Shown: positions 17,414 to 27,655, numbered from the stretch's first letter. The stretch: DNA of 64,000 nt from an uncultured virus (IMG/VR IMGVR_UViG_3300042691_055975) (IMGVR_UViG_3300042691_055975), one strand, 5' to 3'. Program-made: numbers and translations. Notes: generated by a model from the letters alone, not told the origin.

Positions 17414-17868
17414 TGGGCGAAATCAAAACCTATCGCGCGCGCGAAGCGGGCTATGTCGACGATCGCTTCGTCGAGGAAGGCGAGACCTTCACTACCGCTT
17501 CCCCCAAGGGCAAGTGGATGGCGCTGCTCGACAAGGACGGGAACGAACTGCCCGATCCGGAGCCGGAGAAGAAGCCGGATACCAGCGCCGAGGCGATCGA
17601 GGCCGTCCGCCGCGAGGTGACGGAGAAGGCGCAGGTCGTGTTCGACCAGATGCGGTCCGATTTCGAGGACAAGCTCAAGGCCGAGACCAGCCGCGCGGAC
17701 AATGCTGAGAAGCTGCTGGGCGAGGCGCGCGCTGACTTCGAGAAGCAGCTCGCCGAAGCGGACACCGCCACCGACAAGGCCGCGGCTCGAGCCGATGCGG
17801 CCGAGAAGGAGCGCGACGCGCTGAAGGCCGAGCTTGAGAAGCACAAGGCCTCGCCCGCGAAGAAGTAA
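17413..17868 (+). CDS. Hypothetical coiled-coil phage protein
   Basis: TAATG-coupled; charged heptads. Confidence 0.7.
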   Translation: MGEIKTYRAREAGYVDDRFVEEGETFTTASPKGKWMALLDKDGNELPDPEPEKKPDTSAEAIEAVRREVTEKAQVVFDQMRSDFEDKLKAETSRADNAEKLLGEARADFEKQLAEADTATDKAAARADAAEKERDALKAELEKHKASPAKK

Positions 17869-17873
17869 CGGGG

Positions 17874-17906
17874 GTGGCGGGGGGCCTAGTGCTCCCCGCC
17901 ATATTA
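17874..17906 (+). terminator. Hairpin/terminator after the head genes
   Basis: GTGGCGGGGGGC-CTAGT-GCTCCCCGCCAT, with a weak U tail. Confidence 0.55.
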
Positions 17907-17929
17907 CCTGCCCTGCATAGGAGCTTCCG

Positions 17930-18391
17930 ATGAAGAAGATCGCCGCGCTCGTCGCGCTATTTTTTTGGCCTGCGCTTGCTCTCGCGCAGACCTACAGCAT
18001 GGGTGCGCCGGTTTCCGAGCAGAATCCACAGCCGAGCAAGTCGATGTGCTGGAACGGGTCCGCCTACGCTCCGTGCGGATCGTCGACACCCCTCGTCACG
18101 GCTGGAAAGCAGGAAAGCGTCAGCCTTGCCGCAGCCAACACGGCCGCTTCTCCGGCAACCGTCTATGGCGGCAGTTACGTTTTCAGCCAGGCCTGCACCG
18201 GCTACAACAGCGGATCGCTTGTCCTGCAATATCTGGGACCGGACGGTGCGAGCTGGATCACGATGTCGTCCAAGACCGCAAGCGACAGTTCCGGCGGTAC
18301 GTTGATTTCGCTTGGATCGAGCGCGGTTGTGAGGGTGACGCTTCCCAGCGGATCGACCGCCTGCAATGCCACTCTGGCGCGGGTGCCATGA
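17930..18391 (+). CDS. Exported hypothetical protein (signal peptide, four Cys)
   Basis: MKKIAALVALFFWPALALA-QT. Confidence 0.75.
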   Translation: MKKIAALVALFFWPALALAQTYSMGAPVSEQNPQPSKSMCWNGSAYAPCGSSTPLVTAGKQESVSLAAANTAASPATVYGGSYVFSQACTGYNSGSLVLQYLGPDGASWITMSSKTASDSSGGTLISLGSSAVVRVTLPSGSTACNATLARVP

Positions 18392-19917
18392 CCATGATCC
18401 GCCTGATTGCATATCTGGCGCTTGCCAGCCTGCTCCCCATTCCCGCTGTTGCGCAGGTTATCGGTGTATCGCCCTCTATCTATGCCGGTGCGCCCGCGCT
18501 GCCAACGCTGCCGCTGACGTCGACGCCAATTCCGTCGCTGCCTTTGGCGAATGGGGCGAAGATCATAGCATTCGGTGACAGCCATGCGGGGTTCAACGGC
18601 TCCTATACCGATGGAGCGACGCCGCAGATTCGGTCGACCGAAAAGGGGCTTATCGAAGGCGCGTGGCAGATCGACCCGCGCTTCACCTTCGACCAGTTCT
18701 ACGACCCCGGCCTGGCGTGGGGCAGCGTGTCGGACGTTGGGCCTTGGGGCGGCGCCAATCAGGGTTTCCCCGGCGACCATATGAAGGTGGACGGCGTGCG
18801 CCCCGGCATAGTGCAGAGGCTTGCCTACACGCTGTCCCGCCAGCCCGCCATTCTCTGGGTGTCTGCCGGAACCAACTCGATCGCCACCGGCGATGACGGC
18901 AGCGGGCGAGGATCGTCAGCCGAGTATATCCAGCAGCAGCTGGATTATATCGTGACCCAGGCGACCGCCCGAGGTGTTTGGGTGATCCTGCCCACCTATT
19001 ATCCGCGAGACGACAGTTTTTTCAGCGCTTCCAAGTCCTTGGTCGCGCAAAGCGTGAATGAGTGGATCAGAGCGCAGACCGGGCGGCCCGGCGTCATGGT
19101 CTATGATCCCTATGATGCGCTGCTAGCGCCCGGCTCCACCTATCAGCCCAATCCCGCCTATTTTCTCGACAAGGTGCATTTGAACGCCGCCGGAGTGTCG
19201 ATGCTGGCGCGAAACTATCTGGTGCCGTTGCTCCAGACCATGATCGCCAGCGGATCGACGTTCGACCAGAACGCGGCAACGTCCAATATCTACGCTTCCT
19301 CCATCTACGGCATGACCGGAACGACCGGAACGAAAGTGGGGGCGCAAACCACGGGATCGGTAGCGACGGGCTATAGCCTGCGAATGCTGCGCATCGGCGC
19401 GGGCGCGACGCAGGTCGCCAGCAAGGATACTTCCAACGGAACATTCAACAAGCAGGTCATCACGATCACGAACCCGGCCACGCCGGGCGCGAATTGGGAT
19501 CAGAGCCAGCTCACGTTCAGCGATCAGGCAATTTCAACCGCGACCGTTCCCGCTGGCAGCTGGGTTCGTGCCTATATCCTGGTTGAAACGGACGCCGATC
19601 AACCAACCCCTTCGATCAGCTGGCAGCTCACGATCAAGAATTCGGGTGGCAGTCAGCGGCTCAACGTTTTTGCGGGCTGGATCGACAGCAATCAGTATAA
19701 CAGCGCGGTCGCGCAACCTGTCGGCCGTGGTGCCTACTGGCTTCGGACGCCGGTTTTCCAGATGCCGGCGGACGGCGACTATTCGGCAATAGGGGCCGTG
19801 CTTTCGCTCAGCTGGCGCGAAAACTTCGTGCCGGCGAGCCAGGTCATGACGGTCAAGGTTTCAAAGCCGATCATCCGTCTGTCGTCCGATCCTCGCCCCG
19901 CGCTCAATCTTCCATGA
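18388..19917 (+). CDS. SGNH/GDSL esterase with signal peptide and C-terminal beta-sandwich
   Basis: FGDSH, NQGFPG, AGTNS and DKVH blocks; MIRLIAYLALASLLPIPAVA-QV. Confidence 0.85.
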   Translation: MTMIRLIAYLALASLLPIPAVAQVIGVSPSIYAGAPALPTLPLTSTPIPSLPLANGAKIIAFGDSHAGFNGSYTDGATPQIRSTEKGLIEGAWQIDPRFTFDQFYDPGLAWGSVSDVGPWGGANQGFPGDHMKVDGVRPGIVQRLAYTLSRQPAILWVSAGTNSIATGDDGSGRGSSAEYIQQQLDYIVTQATARGVWVILPTYYPRDDSFFSASKSLVAQSVNEWIRAQTGRPGVMVYDPYDALLAPGSTYQPNPAYFLDKVHLNAAGVSMLARNYLVPLLQTMIASGSTFDQNAATSNIYASSIYGMTGTTGTKVGAQTTGSVATGYSLRMLRIGAGATQVASKDTSNGTFNKQVITITNPATPGANWDQSQLTFSDQAISTATVPAGSWVRAYILVETDADQPTPSISWQLTIKNSGGSQRLNVFAGWIDSNQYNSAVAQPVGRGAYWLRTPVFQMPADGDYSAIGAVLSLSWRENFVPASQVMTVKVSKPIIRLSSDPRPALNLP

Positions 19918-19947
19918 CTATCGCGACAATGCAGCAGGAGCCGCCCA

Positions 19948-20676
19948 ATGCCCTGGCCCATATATAGGTTGAAGGACTGGAAGCCCCAACGGGGCTATCC
20001 GCGCGTGGTCACGTCCACCGGCGAGCATCTGGTCCACAACGCCCAATGCGCGCCCGATCCGCAACCGGGTAAGCCGCAGATGTGGAACGCGAGGAACGAT
20101 TGGGCGCTGTCGGAGGGGCCGGGAGGATCGACCCGTTTCGAGGTCCGCGCAGGCGACCGGCAATGGTTCGACCGCAAGCAGGCCAAGGAGCGGTCCGAGC
20201 TACAGTTGCTCAAGGACTTCCCCTACCGCAAGACCATGCGGGCGACAGGCTTTCTCACCATCGAACCCGGCCCGGCATCCACGGCAAAGTGGCTGAACCT
20301 GTTTCAGACCCACGACAAGGAGCCGGGCGCACCAACCGACCCTGCGCAGTTTCCTCCCATCGCACTGGAGATCGAGCGCGGATGCTTCCGCGGCGTCGTC
20401 CGCTGGCAGAAGGACGGCAAGCTGGTCGAGGACAAGACCAGCTCAGCCCTGATCCCGGTCGAGCATGGCAAGCGCTACAAGGTCGAGATCAGCTGCCACG
20501 CATGCAATGACGAGCGCGGGCGAGTGCTGATGACGATCGATGGCAAGACCCTACTCGACTATCGCGGGCCATGCGGGTTTCGGACGTCCGGCCTGCTCTA
20601 TGCCCAATATGGCATCTACCGAGACGCCGCGCCGGAAACGTTCGCCGCCCAGTGGCAGAACCTGTCGGTGCGATAA
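19948..20676 (+). CDS. Jelly-roll polysaccharide lyase-like protein
   Basis: RFEVR, ERSEL, FQTH and YAQYGIYR motifs. Confidence 0.7.
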   Translation: MPWPIYRLKDWKPQRGYPRVVTSTGEHLVHNAQCAPDPQPGKPQMWNARNDWALSEGPGGSTRFEVRAGDRQWFDRKQAKERSELQLLKDFPYRKTMRATGFLTIEPGPASTAKWLNLFQTHDKEPGAPTDPAQFPPIALEIERGCFRGVVRWQKDGKLVEDKTSSALIPVEHGKRYKVEISCHACNDERGRVLMTIDGKTLLDYRGPCGFRTSGLLYAQYGIYRDAAPETFAAQWQNLSVR

Positions 20677-20751
20677 GTGGCCTGGTCCGCCAATCGGGGA
20701 AGGTAATTTCCCAGAGCCAGAGGGCGGTCCCGCTGCAGCGCGATTGGGTGG

Positions 20752-20982
20752 TCAATCCGGATTGCGCCGACCGTCGGGAGGGCAATCCAGCAGAACCCGC
20801 CCTTTTTCATCCTCGATGGCGATACGCTCCTTGCTGAAATCCTCTTTGCTCCAGTAGACCTTGCCTCCCCGTGTGGCGATTAGCGCAAAGCGGACGCCGG
20901 CACAGAACGCTTCTGGGTTCTCTGGAGGGTGCCACGTAAGCAGCGGAACAGTGATCACGGCTAGAAATTTTCCAGTCAACAT
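20752..20982 (-). CDS. Counter-oriented hypothetical protein (moron-like)
   Basis: GGAG Shine-Dalgarno; lower GC. Confidence 0.4.
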   Translation of the reverse strand: MLTGKFLAVITVPLLTWHPPENPEAFCAGVRFALIATRGGKVYWSKEDFSKERIAIEDEKGRVLLDCPPDGRRNPD

Positions 20983-21077
20983 TATTCCACTCCATCATTT
21001 CGGCAACTGCGAAACGCCTTCATGCTTCCCTGCTCCTGTCGATTCAATCGCGCCCGCCACAGCCCTAGACCCTCACC

Positions 21078-21728
21078 ATGGCGAACAAGGTAGGCATCTG
21101 CAACGAGGCGCTTTCGGAGATTGCCGCCGACCCCATCAACTCGATCGAGGAGCAGTCGTCCAGCGCCTTCTACTGCCGCATGCACTATGACAGCGTGATG
21201 GAGGAGGTGCTCGGCTGGACCGACTGGGACTGGGTGATCCGGCGCGTCACGCTCGCGGCCCAGCCCAACGATCGCAAGGGCGAGTGGCTGTACCGTTACG
21301 CGCGCCCGACCGCCATGGCAGAGGCGCTGCGCGTGCTGCCGCCGGTCGACCAGCAGGTGACGGACCTGCCCGTCGTCGGTCCCTACCCCTTCCCCGCCTG
21401 GGACGCGCTCGGCCGTTTGCCCTTCGTCACCGCCGACGGCTCGATCTACACCAATGTCGCCGCCGCCATACTCGAATATCAGGTGAATGCGGTCGACCCG
21501 GCGGTGATCGATCGCTTTGCCGCGCGCGCCGCCGCGCTCGAACTCGCCGCCCGCCTCGCCATGCCAATCAAGAAAAGCCGCGATCTCAAGGGCGACCTGA
21601 TCAAACAGGCGGAGGTCGCAAAGCAGCGCGCAATCGCCGAAAGCGAGAACCGCTCGCCGCGGCGGCAGACGGACTATGTGAGCGAGGTCGAATATGCGCG
21701 CATGGGGCTGATGTCCGATGGGCTATAG
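21078..21728 (+). CDS. Tail tubular/adaptor protein A (T7 gp11-like)
   Basis: ICNEAL..I..I.SIEE, W.W..RRVTL, Y.RP. Confidence 0.8.
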   Translation: MANKVGICNEALSEIAADPINSIEEQSSSAFYCRMHYDSVMEEVLGWTDWDWVIRRVTLAAQPNDRKGEWLYRYARPTAMAEALRVLPPVDQQVTDLPVVGPYPFPAWDALGRLPFVTADGSIYTNVAAAILEYQVNAVDPAVIDRFAARAAALELAARLAMPIKKSRDLKGDLIKQAEVAKQRAIAESENRSPRRQTDYVSEVEYARMGLMSDGL

Positions 21729-22368
21729 GCTCGCGCAGGCATCGTTCAGCAAGGGCGAGATCGCACCAGATCTCTATGGCCGGTTCGATGTCGACGCCTA
21801 TCAGTCGAGCCTGCGCACCGCGCGCAACGTCGTCGTGCTCAAATATGGCGGCGTCACCAAGCGCCCCGGCACGCGGCTGGTCGCCGAAGTCTATGATGCT
21901 TCCGAGCCGGTGCGGCTCATCCCTTTCAAATTCTCGATAGAGCAGGCCTATGCGCTCGAGCTCGGCCAGGGATATATTCGCGTCGCGGCCGCAGGCGGAC
22001 TCGTGCTCAATGAGGAGTTGGCGATCACCGGTATCACCAACGAGGCTCAAGCGCGCATCACTGCCGCCAACCACGGCTATTCTGTCGGGCAGGACGTCTT
22101 TCTCTCCGGCATAGAAGGCGATCTCGGCGAGGAACTGAACTTCCGATTCTTCCCTGTCGTGGCCATCGTCGACGACGACAATTTCCGCATTGGGGTCGAC
22201 ACATCTGCCATGCCTGCGTTTACGGGCGCGACAGGTGGTATCACGCGCACCGATCCTCCCGCCCCCGATCCCGTCGATCCACCCGTGCCCGAACCTGTCG
22301 AGCCACCCCCGCCGCCTCCAACAGGGGGCGGCGGCCGTCCGCTCGGCCCCCACGAGCAGATACCATAA
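21718..22368 (+). CDS. Tail nozzle (gp12-like) N-terminal part with E1-FCCH-like domain
   Basis: QASFSKGEIAP.LYGR.D, GGVTKRPGT, RLIPF.FS, ITGITN..NHG. Confidence 0.8.
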   Translation: MGYRLAQASFSKGEIAPDLYGRFDVDAYQSSLRTARNVVVLKYGGVTKRPGTRLVAEVYDASEPVRLIPFKFSIEQAYALELGQGYIRVAAAGGLVLNEELAITGITNEAQARITAANHGYSVGQDVFLSGIEGDLGEELNFRFFPVVAIVDDDNFRIGVDTSAMPAFTGATGGITRTDPPAPDPVDPPVPEPVEPPPPPPTGGGGRPLGPHEQIP

Positions 22369-24191
22369 TGGGCGTCTCGCGCGTCTTCCGGGTCGGTTCG
22401 CCCTATAACGGCGTCGAGCTCGAGGAGCTCGATTACGAGCAGCAAACCGACACCATGTATCTTGCCCACATCGATCATCCGCTGGGCAAGCTCACCCGCG
22501 CCGCGCATGACGCATGGAGCTTCGCCGATGTGTCGCTCGGGCCGAAGCTTTCACCGCCGGCGTCGGTGACTGTCACGCCGCACACGCCCAATACCGACAG
22601 CGAGAATGGTGGCGCGGCCTATTTCCCGCAAAACGCGCGCTATGCGGTGACATCTGTCGACGCGGACGGCTTCGAGAGCCGGTGGAACGGCGGCAACATC
22701 ACCGCCTACAATGATCTCTCGCTCAAGCGTAACTACAATGCGGTGACTTGGTCAGCCGTCCCAGGTGCGGCGAGCTACAAGGTCTACAAGGCCGACAATA
22801 GCGCCTTCTATGGCTATGTAGGCAGCACCAACTTCCTCGAATTCATCGACGACAATATCGGCCATGACCTCAGCACCGCTCCTCCTGAAGCCTATAATCC
22901 GTTCGAAGGCCCGGGCAATTATCCTTCGACGGTGACGTTCTTCGAGCAGCGCCTCTTCGCCGCCCGGACACGCAACAGCCCGAACGGAATGTGGGGCAGT
23001 CGCTCCGCGGAATTCGAGAATTACGACCAGTCGATTCCGCTGCGCGCCGATGACAGCATCGCGCTCGCCGCCAATGCGGGCGAGGTGAACGCGATCAACC
23101 AGCTTGTCTCCACGACCAGCCTGCTCGCTCTCACTTCGGACAGCCTGTTCCGGATCGATAGCGGCGCTGACGGCGGATATCTGACAGCCTCACCGTCAGC
23201 GACTGTGCGGCGCCAGATCGGCCGCGGCTCCTCGCGCCTCAAGCCGCTCGTGATCGACAATGTCGTCTTCTACGCCCCGTCGGTCGGCTCGGGCGTGCGC
23301 TCGCTGAATTACAAATTCGAGGCCGACGGGCTCACCTCCGATGATGTGACGATCTTCTCGCCGCACTTCTTTCAGAATATGCACATCGTGTCCTGGGCCT
23401 ATGCGCAGGAGCCGCGCTCCGTCGTGTGGGCGGTGCGTTCGGACGGCAAGCTGCTCGCCTTCACCTGGGAGCAGGCGCAGCAGGTGTGGGGCTGGACCCT
23501 GTGCGAGACAGACGGATTCGTCCTCTCCTGCTGCTCTGTTCCGGAGGATGGCGAGGATCGCGTTTATCTGGTCGTGCGGCGCATCATCGACGGCGTCGAG
23601 CGCACCTTCGTCGAGCGCATGGCAGCGGCGCGATGGGAGGCGGTCGAAGACTGCTGCTTCCTCGATTGCGCCGTCTCCTATGCCTATGAGGAGCCGCGCA
23701 GCACCTTCCGCAACCTCTGGCATCTGGAGGGCCGGACCGTCTGGGGCCTGGTCGACGGCTTCGTCGTCAAGGATCTTCTCGTGGAGAATGGGCGCGTCAC
23801 CCTGCCGCCTTCGGCCGGCGCCGCGCGCAAGGCGACGTTCGGCCTGCCTTATGACGTCGACATTCAGACCATGCCCGTCGTGTTCAATGGCGGATTCGGC
23901 TCGAACGCCGCGCGCAAGCAGCAACCGGGCGAGATCGTGCTCCACCTGCGGGAAAGCCGCAACGTTCTTGCGGGCGCAGGGCGCGAGGATGGCGGAAGGC
24001 CCGCCCAGCTGTTCGAGATCAAGTCCCGCGGCGACGAGCCCTGGGGGACGGTCGACACGCTCAAGGACGGAAAATATCTGATCGACGCACCCAATGTGGT
24101 GAGCAGCCAGACGTCCGCCTACATCCGGCAAACCGATCCTCTCCCCTTCACCCTTTTGGGCGTCTATCTGGACCCGGTCATTGGCTCGTAG
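22368..24191 (+). CDS. Tail nozzle (gp12-like) C-terminal part
   Basis: YPSTVTFFEQRLF, EQAQQVWGW, FLDC, QTDPLPFTL. Confidence 0.85.
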   Translation: MGVSRVFRVGSPYNGVELEELDYEQQTDTMYLAHIDHPLGKLTRAAHDAWSFADVSLGPKLSPPASVTVTPHTPNTDSENGGAAYFPQNARYAVTSVDADGFESRWNGGNITAYNDLSLKRNYNAVTWSAVPGAASYKVYKADNSAFYGYVGSTNFLEFIDDNIGHDLSTAPPEAYNPFEGPGNYPSTVTFFEQRLFAARTRNSPNGMWGSRSAEFENYDQSIPLRADDSIALAANAGEVNAINQLVSTTSLLALTSDSLFRIDSGADGGYLTASPSATVRRQIGRGSSRLKPLVIDNVVFYAPSVGSGVRSLNYKFEADGLTSDDVTIFSPHFFQNMHIVSWAYAQEPRSVVWAVRSDGKLLAFTWEQAQQVWGWTLCETDGFVLSCCSVPEDGEDRVYLVVRRIIDGVERTFVERMAAARWEAVEDCCFLDCAVSYAYEEPRSTFRNLWHLEGRTVWGLVDGFVVKDLLVENGRVTLPPSAGAARKATFGLPYDVDIQTMPVVFNGGFGSNAARKQQPGEIVLHLRESRNVLAGAGREDGGRPAQLFEIKSRGDEPWGTVDTLKDGKYLIDAPNVVSSQTSAYIRQTDPLPFTLLGVYLDPVIGS

Positions 24192-24639
24192 CGTCGAGGT
24201 CGTACCGGCGCGCGTCACCCATATTGGTCCGATCGCCAGCCGCATGCGCGAGATAGACCGGATCGAATGCGAGGCGATGGGGCATGGGCCGAAACAGGCG
24301 ATCCGCCAGGGCTTCATGCTCTCCGATCGTTGCTGGACGGCGCTGGTCAACGGCCGGCCCGAAGCGATGTTCGGCTCGGTCACACAGTCGGCGATCGACC
24401 GGCGTGCGATCGTCTGGTTTCTCGGTACCGACGAGGTTTATCGCCACGGCCGCATCCTGCGCTCATGGGGGCCGGGGCTGCTGCGGCGTGCCGTCGATTC
24501 AAGCTGGTGGTGCGGTAACTTAGTGTCCAGCGCCAACGGCAAGGCCATTCGATTGCTCATGGCATGGGGCTTCACCGTCGAGCGTGAGGAGCAAATGGTG
24601 GGCGGCGTTGCGTTTCGACAGTTCTGGATGATCCGCTGA
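24181..24639 (+). CDS. T7 gp13-like/GNAT-fold virion assembly protein
   Basis: MREIDRIE, VWFLGT, N.KAIRLL..WGF. Confidence 0.7.
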   Translation: MARSVEVVPARVTHIGPIASRMREIDRIECEAMGHGPKQAIRQGFMLSDRCWTALVNGRPEAMFGSVTQSAIDRRAIVWFLGTDEVYRHGRILRSWGPGLLRRAVDSSWWCGNLVSSANGKAIRLLMAWGFTVEREEQMVGGVAFRQFWMIR

Positions 24640-25142
24640 TGTGCGATCCTGTGTCGCTCACAATCGCCGGTACCGCCGTGGCTACGATCGGTGCGGGTTA
24701 CAGCGCGCTCCAAGCCAATGCGCAGTCAAGGTATCAGGCGCGCGTCGCTGATCAAAACGCCAAGCTTTCCGCGGAATCGGCGCGGCAAGAGCAGGACAAT
24801 ACGCGCGAGGCAGCGCTCCAACATTACCGCAAGGTCGCGCAGCTGCAGGGACAGCAACGCGCCGCGATGGCGGCCGGCGGCCTGGACGTGAACTTCGGCA
24901 ACGCCGCCGATCTTACCGCGGACACAGAGCTGCTCGCGCGCGAGGACGCCAGCCGAATCTACCGCCAAGGCGCGGAGAATGTTCGCGGCTATGATATCGA
25001 GGGATCGAACTATCGCGGCCAGGCGCGCGCCTCGCGTCAGGCGGCGAGCGGCGCGATCGTCGGCGGCATTTTCGAGATGGGCAAGACGGCCCTTGGTGGG
25101 GCGCAGCAGTACAGCGTACTCAAGCGGCAGGGATTTGCTTAA
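24639..25142 (+). CDS. Internal virion/ejection protein (gp14-like)
   Basis: MCDPVS start; GQQRAAMAAGGLD. Confidence 0.8.
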   Translation: MCDPVSLTIAGTAVATIGAGYSALQANAQSRYQARVADQNAKLSAESARQEQDNTREAALQHYRKVAQLQGQQRAAMAAGGLDVNFGNAADLTADTELLAREDASRIYRQGAENVRGYDIEGSNYRGQARASRQAASGAIVGGIFEMGKTALGGAQQYSVLKRQGFA

Positions 25143-25555
25143 CGTTCTCGCTGCGAGCTGACGGTGTCGAGCTGGCCATCCCCCGGTATGGACTTGCGCC
25201 ACTTCCCGGCGATCAAGCACATCGCGAAAAATGCCGGAATCATCGCGAGCATTGTTTCGGGCGCTATCGCCTTGGCCCAGAGCATAGTCAGCAACGCAAC
25301 GACGAACGCTGCGCCGCGCTTGCTATAGAGGTTTGGAACCCACGTTTTGGAAGGTGCCTTCCGCAAGCGGTTAGCGACTGCCGCGATCAGAAAGCCGAGC
25401 AAAAAGCTTGGGATAGCTATGATGCTGCTGGCAAGCAGCGCATCGACCGGAGTGTCAATGCCTGTCATATCTCTGATCGGCATCGAATATGCGAGTATGT
25501 AAAGCATCGTCGGCCACGTCACGTAGCGCACCTTGCTGTCAGGCCTAAAGCTCAC
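25139..25555 (-). CDS. Counter-oriented multi-TM membrane protein (moron)
   Basis: About four hydrophobic segments; lower GC. Confidence 0.6.
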   Translation of the reverse strand: MSFRPDSKVRYVTWPTMLYILAYSMPIRDMTGIDTPVDALLASSIIAIPSFLLGFLIAAVANRLRKAPSKTWVPNLYSKRGAAFVVALLTMLWAKAIAPETMLAMIPAFFAMCLIAGKWRKSIPGDGQLDTVSSQRER

Positions 25556-25624
25556 GGTACCCTCGTCGATTCAACCGCGTGAATGCGCCCCATAGGTATC
25601 GGGCATCCACACCGGGGGCAATAG

Positions 25625-27655
25625 ATGCCGCGCATTCCACAATATGGCAGTCCCACAGTGGGACCGGTCCAGACTACCAGCGCTCGCTTCCGCGCAGCTG
25701 ACAATGGAGGAGGCGTCGCGGGCGCCATTGGGCGCGGCCTGCAGGAGCTGGGCCAAGCGGGCGCAGACTACGTCCACACCCAGGTGAGGCTCGAGGACGA
25801 TCTCGCGCGCACTAACTCCGACAATCTCAATATTCATGCCAGCACGACTGTCTCGGGGGTTGTAAGCGATTTCAAGTCGCGCCTGGGCAAAGCTGCGCTG
25901 GATAACCGACCGGCCGCCGGCAAGGCGATTACGGACGCCATCAACTCCACGCTCGCACAGGCCGACCGACGCACGCGTCGTTATCTCGAGCCCCAGCTGG
26001 CGCGGCTTCGCATGTCGGCGGAGAGTGAGATCGCCTCTTACGCCGTCCAGCAGAACCGCGTCTACCAGCAGGAAACGGGCAAGGCGAAGGTCGAGAACTC
26101 GTTCCAAATGGCGGTTGCCGCGGATGATCCTGCCCAGCGTGCCGGCTTCATTCAGGAAGTGCGAGAGCAGACCCGCCGCAATCTTGAGCTCGCTGGCATG
26201 TCAGATCCTGAGATCGTGCAAGCCGAAGAGCGAAAAGCGGTTTCGGGAACCCACCTAGCCGTCGCCCATCGCTATATGGCGACGAAAGATTTTGAGATGG
26301 CCGACGCCTACTACAAGGCCAATCGGGGCGACATGACGGTCGGCGATCAAGCATCGATCGCGGCGGATCTCGCCGGACCGATGCTCAAGCGGTGGGCCGA
26401 AGGCAAGTTTGCCGCGCTCACCGCCCTGCCATCGATCGGCCTTGCGCCCGGCAAGGGCGGGAGCGGCAATCCGGTCGCAGACGGCGGCGCGGCGATCAAG
26501 GCCCTGTTTCCTGGCGTCAACATTACTTCCACCTACCGTCCTGCCGATCACCCTCTGTCTAAGGCAAACCCTAAATCGTGGCACACCAAGAGCCATGCGG
26601 CCGTGGATGTGAAGCCGATCGCCGGCATGACCTTCGACCAGTACGTGAAGCAGGTAGAGGGCGCTGGTTACACTGTACTCGAGGCTATCAATGAGGTCGG
26701 CCCCGGCCGGTCGAAACACGCCACCGGCGACCATTGGCATATCGTCCTCGGGCAGGGCGGCGGCGGTGCTCCACCCTCTGCCAGGCGTTGGGATCTCGAA
26801 TCCGTCACCAGCAACATCTATGCGGCGGCAGAAAAAGAGGGCTGGTCTTTTGAGGAGCGCGAGGCGGTGCTTGGATATGCCAAGGACCGGGTGTCGTTCG
26901 ACGAGCAGCTCAAGCGACGTGATGAGGAATCTGCCGACCGGTCGGCGAGCGAGTGGGTGCTCAAGCAGGGCGAGCGCTTCACTGACATTTCGCAGATGCC
27001 GGCCGGCATCCGCAACGGCCTGTCGCCCGATGCGGCGCGCAGCTATATCGGCGTCGCCAAGTCCAACGCCAAGCCCAAGGAGACGCCGGCGAACGGATCG
27101 GTAGCCACCTCGCTCGAGCTGCTGCGCATCCTGGAGCCTGAGAAGTTCGCGGCAACTCCGCTCGGCAAATATGCGGGCGACGTCACCCGCGCCGAGATGC
27201 AGGGTCTCCTCGTCGAGCAGGCCAAGATCATCAAGGGCGACCCCGACAAGTCGATCCGGAGCAAGGTGGCGTCGACCATATCCACCTTCGGCGTCGAGGA
27301 CGGCCTCACGGGCAACAAGGAAGACGTGCGTCGCAAGCGCGTCGCGGTGCAGAAGATCATGGAGAGCGAGGTGCAGGCCCTCACGGGCGGCAAGCGCAAT
27401 CCGACCGACGACGAGTTGTACAAGGCGTATCAGTCCGCGACCCGGGACATCACCTTCACCGTCAACACGACATTCGCCGGCATCCCGACCGGCCAGGCGC
27501 AGCGTTCCAAGCCGCGCTATGAGCTCGGCACCGGTGACATTCCTGAGAATGTTCGCCAGCGCATCGTGTCGGCCTGGACCAAAACCTATGGCTCCGCGCC
27601 GACCGATGATCAGCTCGCGGACTCCTACCGCCAGGGCAAGGGGCGTTACTGGTAA
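25625..27655 (+). CDS. Internal virion protein (gp15 position) with M15-like metallopeptidase domain
   Basis: MPRIPQY start; ITSTYR..SWH..AVD..HWHI. Confidence 0.75.
   Translation: MPRIPQYGSPTVGPVQTTSARFRAADNGGGVAGAIGRGLQELGQAGADYVHTQVRLEDDLARTNSDNLNIHASTTVSGVVSDFKSRLGKAALDNRPAAGKAITDAINSTLAQADRRTRRYLEPQLARLRMSAESEIASYAVQQNRVYQQETGKAKVENSFQMAVAADDPAQRAGFIQEVREQTRRNLELAGMSDPEIVQAEERKAVSGTHLAVAHRYMATKDFEMADAYYKANRGDMTVGDQASIAADLAGPMLKRWAEGKFAALTALPSIGLAPGKGGSGNPVADGGAAIKALFPGVNITSTYRPADHPLSKANPKSWHTKSHAAVDVKPIAGMTFDQYVKQVEGAGYTVLEAINEVGPGRSKHATGDHWHIVLGQGGGGAPPSARRWDLESVTSNIYAAAEKEGWSFEEREAVLGYAKDRVSFDEQLKRRDEESADRSASEWVLKQGERFTDISQMPAGIRNGLSPDAARSYIGVAKSNAKPKETPANGSVATSLELLRILEPEKFAATPLGKYAGDVTRAEMQGLLVEQAKIIKGDPDKSIRSKVASTISTFGVEDGLTGNKEDVRRKRVAVQKIMESEVQALTGGKRNPTDDELYKAYQSATRDITFTVNTTFAGIPTGQAQRSKPRYELGTGDIPENVRQRIVSAWTKTYGSAPTDDQLADSYRQGKGRYW

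Noticed and set aside
17965..18387. N-terminal extension of the 650-aa ORF-track call
   Set aside because: It overlaps the 17930 gene; the ATG at 18388 gives ATGA coupling and a clean signal peptide.
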